64,000 nt of DNA from Balanoglossus misakiensis (taxonomy: Eukaryota; Animalia; Hemichordata). Both the position numbers and the translations under genes were made by a program. The stretch is taken from positions 12,123,654 to 12,187,653 of the forward strand of contig CM082577.2 in assembly GCA_040954595.2 (NCBI GenBank), read 5' to 3'. The notes under the pieces were generated by a model. It searched no databases. It was given only the letters and a program-made list of their open reading frames with translations, and was not told where the DNA came from. Shown one piece after another: positions 15,042 through 25,646 of the stretch (the first letter of the stretch is position 1; every line of letters begins with the position of its first letter).

Positions 15042-15340
15042 TTAAAGTGTGACGAACGTCTTATGCACATGTGCCAAACCAGAGACTCTGGTTACAGAAA
15101 TTGTATACATGTACAGTCAATGCCACAAGGCAATGTGCTGTCCTAGCAACAGACAAGATGGCGGCGACCATAGTCTGTGTCACAGATCAGGAACTACAGC
15201 AAATTGGGTGAAAAGAAGGGACAAGAAAACTAAAGTCTACTTATACGGTGCGCATGAAATATGGAAGGAAGCGAAAGCAGTCCACTATTTGAATGCGTTG
15301 AACACAAAATTTGCAGAACATATGAATTGGATGTAATGTT
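15042..15340. mobile_element. Dispersed ~300-330 bp repeat family, probably Kolobok-like
   Basis: Shared core ccaaaccagagactctggttacagaaattgtatac...gtcaatgccataaggcagtgtgctgtcc...acagacaagatggcggcgacca. Copies at ~4785-4950, 15042-15340, 17839-18080, 18955-19228, 59815-60143 and, reversed, ~52140-52280. Several ends read TTAAAG or CCTTTAA. Confidence 0.75.
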
Positions 15341-15408
15341 TGCCATTTCCATTGTTCCAGTTGTGGCAGTGATGAGGCAGGTAACACACTGTTGCCACTA
15401 GACGAGTA

Positions 15409-18400
15409 TCAGTTGTATGGATCCACATGATAGACAGAGTAATCACCTTCTTTGCTGATGCGTAGTTCCCAGGGCACGTAGCCAGACATGGCCAGCTGAG
15501 GATGGTTGGTTGCCTCCTGCAGCAGGAGATCAACATCACTTTGATCTTTGATGCGGATGAGATCGCCCTCTATGTCTTGATAGTTCAGAGCGATGTCCCT
15601 GGCACCGATTTCATCCCTGTGGGCGAAGTCAAATGGAGAATAGTTCTACTAACAATGTTACAAGTGACAGATACATATATTGACTGGCCATGGGGTAACA
15701 GCATGTAACCCGTGGGACTTGAGTCACCCCCCAAAACAGACTGTTTCCCCGAGGCCGAAGGCCGAGTCAAACAGTCTGTTTTTTTTTTTTGGGGGGGGGG
15801 GTGACTCACAGTCCCGAGGGGTGAAAGGCGCATTACAATTCATCCACATATCCCTGAAATTAGAAAATTCTTAGAATGAACGAAGCAGCCAACCGTAGTG
15901 TAGACTGGGCATGACATCAACTGAAGATCCTAGTAGGTCGTGGCGACTGCAGTGAGGTTTGTGCTGGTACGGGAGGACATATTCTCATCAAGGGGGACAC
16001 AGCGTGACAACCGCTTCCCTTTAAGACTTGATATCCGATCAATTATTGCAGCGTGATATCAACTGATTCTGTCACATCAGTATAAACACGCTGACTAAAA
16101 AACTTGCATGTTGACTTCAGGGTCTACAGGGAGGCGTGGTCCAAAACATTCACAACTTCTACTAAGCACATAACAGAGGCAACTGATGAATTGATGACAC
16201 TTACTGGACAGCTCTTAAAAGTTCACTGTAGGTCGGTTTTTCGGCAAGTTTGGCATCAACATCTATATCCCTGCAACAGAGAAACAGAAACCATAAAGCG
16301 TTATTTTGGTCTCTGCAGGGTCAAACACAGAACAGCAACAGATCTACAAGGTTGCAGTTCAAGCAGAAGTTCATAGAATTTACTGTAAGCAGGTTTAGCC
16401 CTTTCACCACCATGGTTCAGTCAAAACCCATTGTTTTCTATGGTAAGGTTGGACCTTTAAAGAGGGAACTGGGGGTGAAAGGGTCAGAAATAATGAGATT
16501 GTTCCATTATTTATGGAAACTTATAAGGAAATACTCATGCTTATTGATTACCTACAAACTTAACGTACCCTATCTGAAGACTACAGAACAATATTATCTC
16601 TATCATTCTTCCTGTGCTTACAACCCATATTTTCTAGCTATGGGATTCCTTGTACTGATTTGCTGCACTTTGCACCAGGATACCTGGAGTGCATCTGTGC
16701 CATGGGTGAGATGGTCACTGGCCTTGGTTGACAAAACTCAACACAGGAAATGATGGTTTAGTGCGCTCTGCCTGCATCAGAACACACACTGCCATGACTA
16801 GCAGACCGATCACGAAATTGGACCCGTTAGAAATAATGTATGATATCATAAAAATGGACTCCTACTTGTGACCTAGCTGCTGAGCTCTCATATATATACC
16901 ACAGGACTGACATAGGCCAGACTGTGCCTATAATCTGTGCATCATACACACCTTATATTTCCTTCATAGTGACATCTTATAACAACGGTCGGAGTGTCGT
17001 CCTCCCACTCATCCTGAAACACGAGAATGACAAGAATGTTTATTCTTCTGATCTAACATCACTTATACTCCACATCACGGCCATAATCAGTGACCTCCAT
17101 TAAACACACAGATTGGAAATAATTACACTGGAAAATAGGACCAATAATGGAGCCTATAATAGGCAATGGGTGTATTACATGCTCGTAAACCTATATAATT
17201 ATTACAAATTTGGATACGTTGAATTTATGTGACATACCTCCCAGCCAGTATCCCCAACATCTTCTTCTATCTTAACATATGGTTCAGGAATCAGTCCTAA
17301 TTTACCATTTATGTTACCCTGCACACAAACAAATGAGAATAAATTATATGAAAGTCTGTTCTCTTGTGCAAGTATACCCGGCATTCTAGGGGAGTATGAA
17401 AATGACTATGTTTGCCACTGACTCGGCACTGTTAGGGTTAAATGACAATTGAAAGTCTCCGTTAAATGACAATTGAAAGTCTCCAGAGGGTTTGAACATT
17501 TTTTAAAAATAACAGGAACTGAAAATCCACCAGAAACCAATGTATGGTATGATTTTGCATTTGCATCACTACAAATTTTGGAACCTTAAATTTCACCTTT
17601 AAAGTCTCCATTTCATTTTATACTCCAATCCATTCTCCAAGAAATAACACAATAAAGTGATATTCTTACTTCAATCCAACTTGCATCAATTCTTCTGGTT
17701 ATTGGAATGACATCACCTTTCTTGAAACTCAATTCTCCGGCAGTCGTTGCAACAAAGTCATACAGGGCCTGTGGTGTTTAAACAACACACAGCAGTGTTG
17801 GTACCAAAATGAAACATTTGCATGAAATATCAAAACATTTAAAGGGCGATGATGTTTGTCTTATGCGCATATCGGATGTGTCAAACCAGAGATCTCTGGT
17901 TACAATATTTGTACACGGTCAATGCCATAAGGCAGTGTGCTGTCCTTACAATACAACAGACAAGAGGGCGGGACCATAAGTCTGTGTTGAGATCGGGAAA
18001 ATACAGCAAATTTGGTGAAAAGAAGGGACCACTGTATGCATTTTGCATACAGAACAAATTTAACAGCTTTACCCATGCGTGTGCTTTACAGAATAATATC
18101 CTGGTTGACCATACATGTATGTGGGTAAAGGCCAGTGTGTCCTCTAAGCCTGTATAACGTGCCACTGATCTGACTCAATAAACTCACTGGTGACCCAAGA
18201 AAATTATCCACACTACATGCAAAGGCACAATAGGGCTGACTCAGAGAAAATACACTGATAAGCTACATGTAGATCAAGTTGACCTCGAATCTGTAACCCT
18301 GATTTCTTGATTTGCAGTCTTGTCACGGTCTCCCTGTCTCATATAGTCTGTGTCAATACACCCCCTCCCCTGTCTGCCATTGTCCACCCCTCTCTTCCCC

Positions 18401-21400
18401 TGTATGTCACTGACTGTGTTCCTGTCTATAAAAGTCTTCAATACAAATTGAACATGCTTACCAGAGCCCTGGGTCCAGTGATTGCAGCTACAGTGACTGG
18501 TTTATTTTCTTTGACACTTGTTGTTGGCGGTGGTTCTGGTTTGACACCAAGTCTGCAATATGGACAGAGGGAGAGGTGAATTCATGCAGGCTCTTATTTC
18601 AAATCGGTTTCAATGTCTCCCAGCATAGTAGTGAGACGACCTCACTTAATTTTAACATCACAAACACAGTCCCCCATTGCCAGAATAATTGGAGGGGATT
18701 CCACTCTGGCAAGGGGTGAGTGACATCATTTTAAGGGGCACTGGTCCCCATTTTGCTAGTGGGTGCCAACATGGATGTAAATACCCCACCCATAGGCTCC
18801 GCCAAGATGAAACACTGTAATTTTACAATTTGAGATAAGTGATGTCAATGCAAATAAAACTGTTCTATTTAACAACTGCATTGATTCGATTTTTAAGACC
18901 AACATATTATCCATACTCTATCTGACAAATGTGGGCACTCTTCGGCCAACAACATGAGACTCTGGTTACAAAAATTATACAAAGTCAATGCCATATGGCA
19001 TGTGCTGTCCTATTACAACAGACAAGATGGCGGTGACCATAATCTGTGTTGGAGATCGGAAAAAGACAGCAAATTGGGTGAAAAACTTAAGTTTTCTTAT
19101 AGTACTGTGCGCATGAAATATGGAAGGAAGCAAAGGCAGTCCACTATTTGAATGCATCGAACGCAAAATTTGTAATGTTTGTACACATGAAATTACACAC
19201 ATGTGTATAACACGATCACCAGCCTTTAAGTACAGAAAGTCTTACATTTACACTTCAAATGTAGGACTATTCATGTACACTGATAGCACAAATGAAATCA
19301 AGCTGTACTCACTGTGTTTTGCTTTTGCTGTCTTGCTGTTGTTGGTGTGCCAACCATCTTGCCTTCTCTGATGGTGTCACATGCTGTATTTTACCGTTGG
19401 GAGCTTTGATGACTGGTGTGTCGATGTCTCCTGGCGTCTGACAGAGGAAATCCATCACTATATCATCCTGGGAAATCCTTGGGTCGAGACCAACCAGTTT
19501 CTGAAGGGAGAAGAAATTGAGAAGTTGAATTGCAATGAACTTTATCCAGTGCTGCAATGCTGCTACTGACTAAAAGGGACAACAGTCTCTCTCTCGCTGC
19601 CCTTTTTCCATTTATGTTTGATACAAGACACCGTTCATATTACTCTACATGTGGATACATTGTGTATATAGTGAATCACGTTCGACCACACACAACTTCC
19701 ATCCCACTTGTAGACACAAGAGTGAAAAACTCGACAAAATCAATAATCAGTCTCCACCATTTATTCCTTGGGTGAGATTTTTACTCTCATATCCTTGAAA
19801 CGTGATGGAAGTTGTGTGTGGTCAAACGTCACTACATGTATACATCCACATGTAGAATAACATAAACAGTGTCTTGTATCAAACATAATTAATGGAAAAC
19901 AGGCAGCGAGAGAGAGAGACTTTGTCCCTTTAAGTTCTGTCAGAGTTCTACAAGTAGTTACACATATCAATCTGCTACAGCTTTTATGAATAACAAAACC
20001 AAAGGACAATACATTTTGAATGCTGTACACACTGGTGTCTCCAGAAATGTGGGCCTAAATGCAGATTTTGAAGACCTCAGTTAATTGGTACACATACATG
20101 TATACATTCCAAGGGATGGGGATTTGAACGTAACTACCTTGGTGTGCACAACACACAGATTTGTACAAAATGCATTATGGATTAATTAAGCAATAACCCC
20201 CGCCGCAGGCGGGTATACACAAGATTTGGGTACAATTCGAGACATATAGCACGAGCCGTTAGGCGAGTGCTATATGGAGCGAATTGTACCCAAATCAAGT
20301 GTATGTATACACTGTACCCGACTGAGGCGGGGTTATTGCTATTATATTATATCAACAACTGTTTGTGGCATGTCAGTGTCATTTTCTTACGGAAACAGCG
20401 TCAGAAAGAGAAATTACGATCGCGAACCAACATGGCGGCGATGAATGTAAACACGAGCGGCCGGGATCGAGCATTAAACATGAAGCAGACAACAAAAAGT
20501 GACAAGACGGGCATCGCGCGTGGCAAAGTGACAAATATTTCCACAGAGCAGTTCCAAAATAAAACGTCCGTTAATTCAACAGTACACATGTATTTTTATT
20601 TTATTTATTTGGTTTAAACACGCGCGACTGTGGTTTAACCTCACATTTTTGTTGCCGCATGCTAGTTCAGGGGCCCGTTTTAGCAGTGCTATATGAGTAT
20701 TTTAGCATCCCTGGATTGGGCACCCGTCCAAACAGAATCGCGGATGGTAGCGTGATATAATATAATTACCTTGAGATATCTGTTGAGATCAGGAACTCTC
20801 CTGTCTGCTACTTCTCTTACAGCACTTCTTTTCAAATAAATTTTGCCTGTGAAAAAATACACAGATTTGAATGCTATGTTGTCAATGCCAGGCATAAATA
20901 AAAGACAATATAGTAATTCTTGATATCTTCAACATATTTGGACATTTTTATACTCCACTTATTCTCATAATTGTACCATTTGGGTGGCAGAGGTTATAAG
21001 CTGTCATGATTAAGGGTATACAGTCACCCCTAATTTAAATACACACATGTATGGCTGAAATGGTGTATTTGAGCATTCTAAAGAACATATATTGGCACTC
21101 TTTTTTCGCATACTGTGCCACCCACTGAAAATCTATGATTGGCTAGATCTCAATTTGCCATGGTAACTATAGCTAATTTGCCATAGGTGACCGTATAGAC
21201 AACTTGATAGTTGTTTATTTTGTATAATACTCTTGCAATGGGCAGCTGAATACGTGGCACCCATTTATAATTGAACTTGATCATATCTAAACCTGCAGCC
21301 ACAATCAGAGGTTGGTGACATGTTGGTGTATACCCCTCAGTGAGCTCATTTAAATTGACCACTCTAAGTTTGGAAGTAAATTCATGGAAAAAATGCCAAA

Positions 21401-24400
21401 AATAGCAGCTATTGGGCCTTTAACAATGCTTGAATTCTTTTCACGAATGAGTAATTTTTTACCTGGTAATGTTGGTAATTTCCTTGGTCCTGCATGACCG
21501 GCTTCAGTTGGGAATCTGTCATCTAATCTTTCTTGCAGAGTGTTAAAATGACTATATCGTCTCACAATCAGGTATGACTTCCCACTTTCTAGAGTCACTT
21601 CAATGAAATATACCTGATGTGCAGAAAGTCATGGTACAAAACAAATCAATACATCAGAATTGTGATAAGTACAGACACAAAATATGCTTCACACAGTTTG
21701 TAATACAGTTTCAACTTTACATACTCTAAGGATCAGTCAGTATGTGAGCCGACTTACTCAATATAGCGCAGGCAGGTAATTCGCTCCAAATAGCACTCGC
21801 TTAACGGCTCATGCTACATGTCTCGAATTGTACCCAAATCTTGTGTATACCCGCCTGTGGCAGGGGTAATCGCTTAATCATAGGCTCATAGCACTGGTTA
21901 TCATTTTGGAAATTTTGTGGACATTTTCAGAAAAAAAATATCTTTTCCAGGATTTTCAAAAGACAATAAAATGAAATTCAATACTTTCAATTTCAAAGAT
22001 ACAGCAATAAAGAATACTGTGTTACGACACACCCTGTTTAGTTGCTTGGTCGAGAGAGGAGTAGCTTTTCTTTGCATAACAAAGGGCCCTGCCTTTTCAA
22101 CTAGTTCATTTAAATATTAGTAATAACCAGATGGTCACCCATATAAAAGGCCTTCTCACAAAAACCACGAGGCACACTTCTCAACACTGACTCGGAGGAG
22201 CATGTCACTCCAGCTCCACATCGCCTTGGGAATTAGGAATTTACCTAGCTGGGCTGGACTCTGTGAGCAACAGACTTTGTGTGAGCAACGGACTACTGTG
22301 AGCAACGGACTTTGTGTGAGCAACGGACTTCTGTGAGCAACTGGCTTCGGTGAGCAACTGGCTTCGGTGAATGTCGGACTTTGTCAGCAATGGACTTGTG
22401 TGCCTTGGTGAGGCTTGAGTTCGGCCAGGACTTTTGTGGACTCGGTAACTCCTCGACCAAGCAGGGTACGTAAAACACATAGAACATTTTTTTTCTGTGC
22501 GACCTTTTAATTTTAGAAAGTTAATTTTTCAATTAAACATTGTGTTGTTGAACTACAAACTCCATTGTGTGCTCCCGTTTTTTTCTACCGTAACAACTGT
22601 AAAACAGGTAGCTTTGGGGACTGTCCAGAATTTACTTCCAGGGTGGGGCTGGAGGATTTCTTATTTTCCTGGTGATTTTTTTCCATGGCCCCCCTTGTAA
22701 ATTGTGGAGGAAATCTGTGGCCCCCCCTTAAATTTCCTGTGTTTTTTTCCATGCCCCCCCCCCCCCCAATATATGCATGCTTACAGACTACGGCACATAC
22801 AGTCTGACAAGTTCATCACCCTTTGCAAGAACAATCAAGAGATCATTTACTTACTGAATTTTACAGGGGACAGTTAAGTGGTCATAAAAACCATGTTTTT
22901 GCAGGGACTGCAAGTGGCACACTTTTGGGAAGCCTAGCAATGGGGAACTAAGATTGTAATTTTCTGAAAATAAGTTAATTATGACAAAAATTTCTGTCAC
23001 TATGTCCACTACATCAAACACTTTAGTTGTAAATAAGACATGTCAAAAAAACACAGTCGGCACTTTTGCATCAGAGGTTTTTCAAAGGAAAATATACAAT
23101 TATTGTTGTATCTAATTAATATCAAGCAGAGTGTCATATATTTTTCAATACAGCATTTTTCAATGGGTTATGTGTGACAGTTTAAGGAAATTGACAATAC
23201 TCAATTGTTTAACAATTTCACATTTACTTCTTTTAACAATCAACAATCAAGTACTTTTTTCAAAAATTCAAATCAAACATGAGCATGATGAGATTGTGTC
23301 CTTTACAGTATTTTCCAAATATTCTGCAATTTTTGGCAAAAAACATAAATAAAATGTTTCTTGTTTTTCAATGGGTAAATTAAAAAATAATGTAGTCATG
23401 CACAATTTTATGGGTTTTTTTTAAATCTTTTTTTAACAATTTTGGCTGGCACAAAACAATATAATTTTATATGTTTGTACAATAATCAAAACAATAGGTA
23501 CATCACAGGCAGAATATTTGCTGTTACACATGAGCATACTCTGAGGAGTGGACCAAGAAAGTGCACTTGAAACAGAGGACTAAAACATACAGATAAAAAT
23601 TGACAAAAGTTAACGTTAATGTCTCTCTCTGTTTAATATTACCAGAAAGCAGGGTGCCATTAATATCTTTGAGATATCAATGAGACAGAAATTGCAAATT
23701 CGACTGTGTTGAGCCTCACAAAAATTGTAGACAAGCATGATTCAGACGGCAAACAAAAAGACATTTTAAAAATAAATATTGTGTATTATTCTACAGAAGT
23801 TTTTTTATTTATTTTTTTTTTGGGGGGGGGGGGATCTTGGCAAATTCTACTTCCGCATTACAAAATTCTCAGTACTGCCGCTGGTGGCCAGAATATGTTG
23901 TGCAAACACCAACTGTAAATGTAATGGCCCATGTTATTGTTGGGAAATTATATAGTATTGAATTCAGTTACAAGTACATGTATGTATCAGTGTTTTTGTC
24001 TGAGATATTTCTGGTAAAAAGGGAAACAATTATATCGCCCTGTCTGCATCTGTGTAAATATGCCAGAGAACCGCATTTACCTTCAGCCTAAAAAAAATGT
24101 AAAAAAAATATTCGCTCGCTGCTCCTGGAACTTGGTCCAAAAAATCCGATGAACAAGATTTTTATTCTCTCTGGCCTAATAGAATTATTTTCCGCAGATT
24201 AGAGAACGCGAAAATTAATCATTGCAAAATAGTCACCTTTGTTGACATCGTGAAAATTCCCATTTTACAGACAGTTACAGACAGACTACTCACATAGTAT
24301 TTAGTTAGATTGGCAAGATTTATGGATCTTCTTTTTTCCATATCAATGATGACAGCAGATACCACATGATCATTCTTAAGATCATATCTGGGACTGTTGG

Positions 24401-25646
24401 GGGGAAAAACAAAGGAGGAAGTTAGACAACAGAGAAATCAGCTCCAGAAAATTTCTTATCAGCACCAATTGGGATTTGTGTTTAGAACCACAACAATATG
24501 TTTGTTTATTTTTGGAAAAAAAAACATCAAATTAAAATTTCATGAGGTCTTGTTGAGTTGTTGACAGGATATGGTCAATGGAATATTTGATGACCTGATT
24601 AGTTTTATCATCCTGCAGACATAACAATACCATAATGTATAATTTCTGGCAGTATGTTTTCAATGTAATGCCTGTAAAGTTCTATTGTAATTTGTTTTAT
24701 TTCTCTCATTCAATCTGAGATAATTTTTTTAATATAATGTGCTTTATGTATAACAGATACAGATTAAGATTATTTTCTTCTCAGATTGGTATTTCCATGA
24801 TATTTATACCAGTACTGGCAGTATAGAGCTAAAGTCCCTCTGGGAATAATGAATGCACAATTCTCTGTCTATACGAACATAAAAACACATATGCCTATTA
24901 GCCATCTGGCTATATATTCAGCCAAGGCACATTCATTCTTGACTGTAGTGACATATATGCACAGGGCGATGTCACATACCACGAGTCGCATGTTTATGTG
25001 AATTAATGATAATACTAGTACAAGTATACAATCAATATTTCACCAGAGCCAGTGGCATTCTGTAATCATCATGTGATAGGAAACATAATACATTTGTACA
25101 CTGTGTTTGCACAAGAGGGAAGCACTTTTCTGGGGATGTAAAACATTGCCTGAACACGTCCAGTCCCTCCACTGAATTTATCTGAGACGTGATCAATGAA
25201 TAGTCGTGACAAAGTCTCCATGCAACATTATTATCACAGCCACATAATGCATTGTGAATGTGAGTGAATTATGCTACTTCAGCTGAATTATTTCCGGTTT
25301 ATTTGTGATTTCCGTTTTCCTGGAACTTGGAAGACAGAGGTTTCACCTGTTGGTTTGTGGGTCAAGTTCAGCAGTCACTGAGTCAGTGCCAAACCCCACC
25401 ACCTCGGGGCATAGTGGGGGATATGGAAATTAGTCTGACTTACATGTAGTTCCTTGGCAAACCACATTTGACCCGTATCGCCCGAGAGAGGTGGGCACCC
25501 TCGCCGAGGGGAGACTGTTATTGTGTTAACCAAGGCAAAATCTCGAGCGACTGAAATGAGCTTTATAGCAAAGGGGGAATTTACACAACGTCATACTAAA
25601 AACATATGTGACATACTTACGCACTAGCGGCGAGTAAGGCAGTCAT
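15409..25646 (-). CDS. NCF4: p40phox / neutrophil cytosolic factor 4-like (PX-SH3-PB1), 11 coding exons, ~382 aa
   Basis: Exons 5'->3': 25621-25646, 24294-24393, 21463-21613, 20770-20846, 19313-19500, 18462-18552, 17670-17768, 17238-17318, 16952-17013, 16205-16270, 15409-15616. All GT-AG with consistent phases; total 1149 nt. PX: VYFIEVTLESGKSYLIVRRYSHFNTLQERL...LPTLPGK. SH3: ALYDFVATTAGELSFKKGDVI...WIEGNINGKLGLIPEPYVKI. PB1 with OPCA motif: IALNYQDIEGDLIRIKDQSDVDL...PWELRISKEGDYSVY. The first micro-exon (MTALLAASA) is the least certain. Confidence 0.9.
19575..19929. mobile_element. Second copy of the Kolobok/T2-type MITE seen at 558-903
   Basis: taaa|AGGGACAACAGTCTCTCTCTCGCTGCC ... GGCAGCGAGAGAGAGAGACTTTGTCCCT|ttaa; internal sequence clearly homologous. 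Confidence 0.85.
20183..20765. mobile_element. Palindrome-ended non-autonomous element, tentatively Crypton-like
   Basis: ~160 bp terminal palindrome (taagcaataacccc...gatttgggtacaattcg..gagccgttaggcgag..cgaattgtacccaaatc...ggggttattgcta) with no clear TSD. A partial copy lies at ~21760-21880 and the same architecture at 42848-43163. Confidence 0.55.
21010..21198. mobile_element. ~185 bp Kolobok-like MITE
   Basis: ttaagggtatacagtcacc ... ggtgaccgtata; homologous to the intact copy at 54007-54190. Confidence 0.7.
22256..22400 (+). repeat. Degenerate minisatellite of ~15-19 bp units (ctgtgagcaacggact)
   Basis: About 8 tandem variants of GTGAGCAAC(G/T)G(G)ACT(T) are visible in an NCF4 intron. 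Confidence 0.75.

Noticed and set aside
16250-16753. 167-aa plus-strand ORF
   Set aside because: It is antisense to NCF4, crosses a piggyBac-like MITE and has no recognisable protein features.
22125-22230. 5S rRNA-derived SINE or RNA gene
   Set aside because: Only a faint resemblance (tggtcacccat); no internal promoter boxes or fold could be supported. No tRNA or rRNA gene was recognised anywhere in the window.
25043-25058. Alternative first coding exon of NCF4 (MPLAL)
   Set aside because: It ends in phase 0 with a weak donor, whereas the next exon needs phase 2; 25621-25646 fits with a GTAAGT donor.
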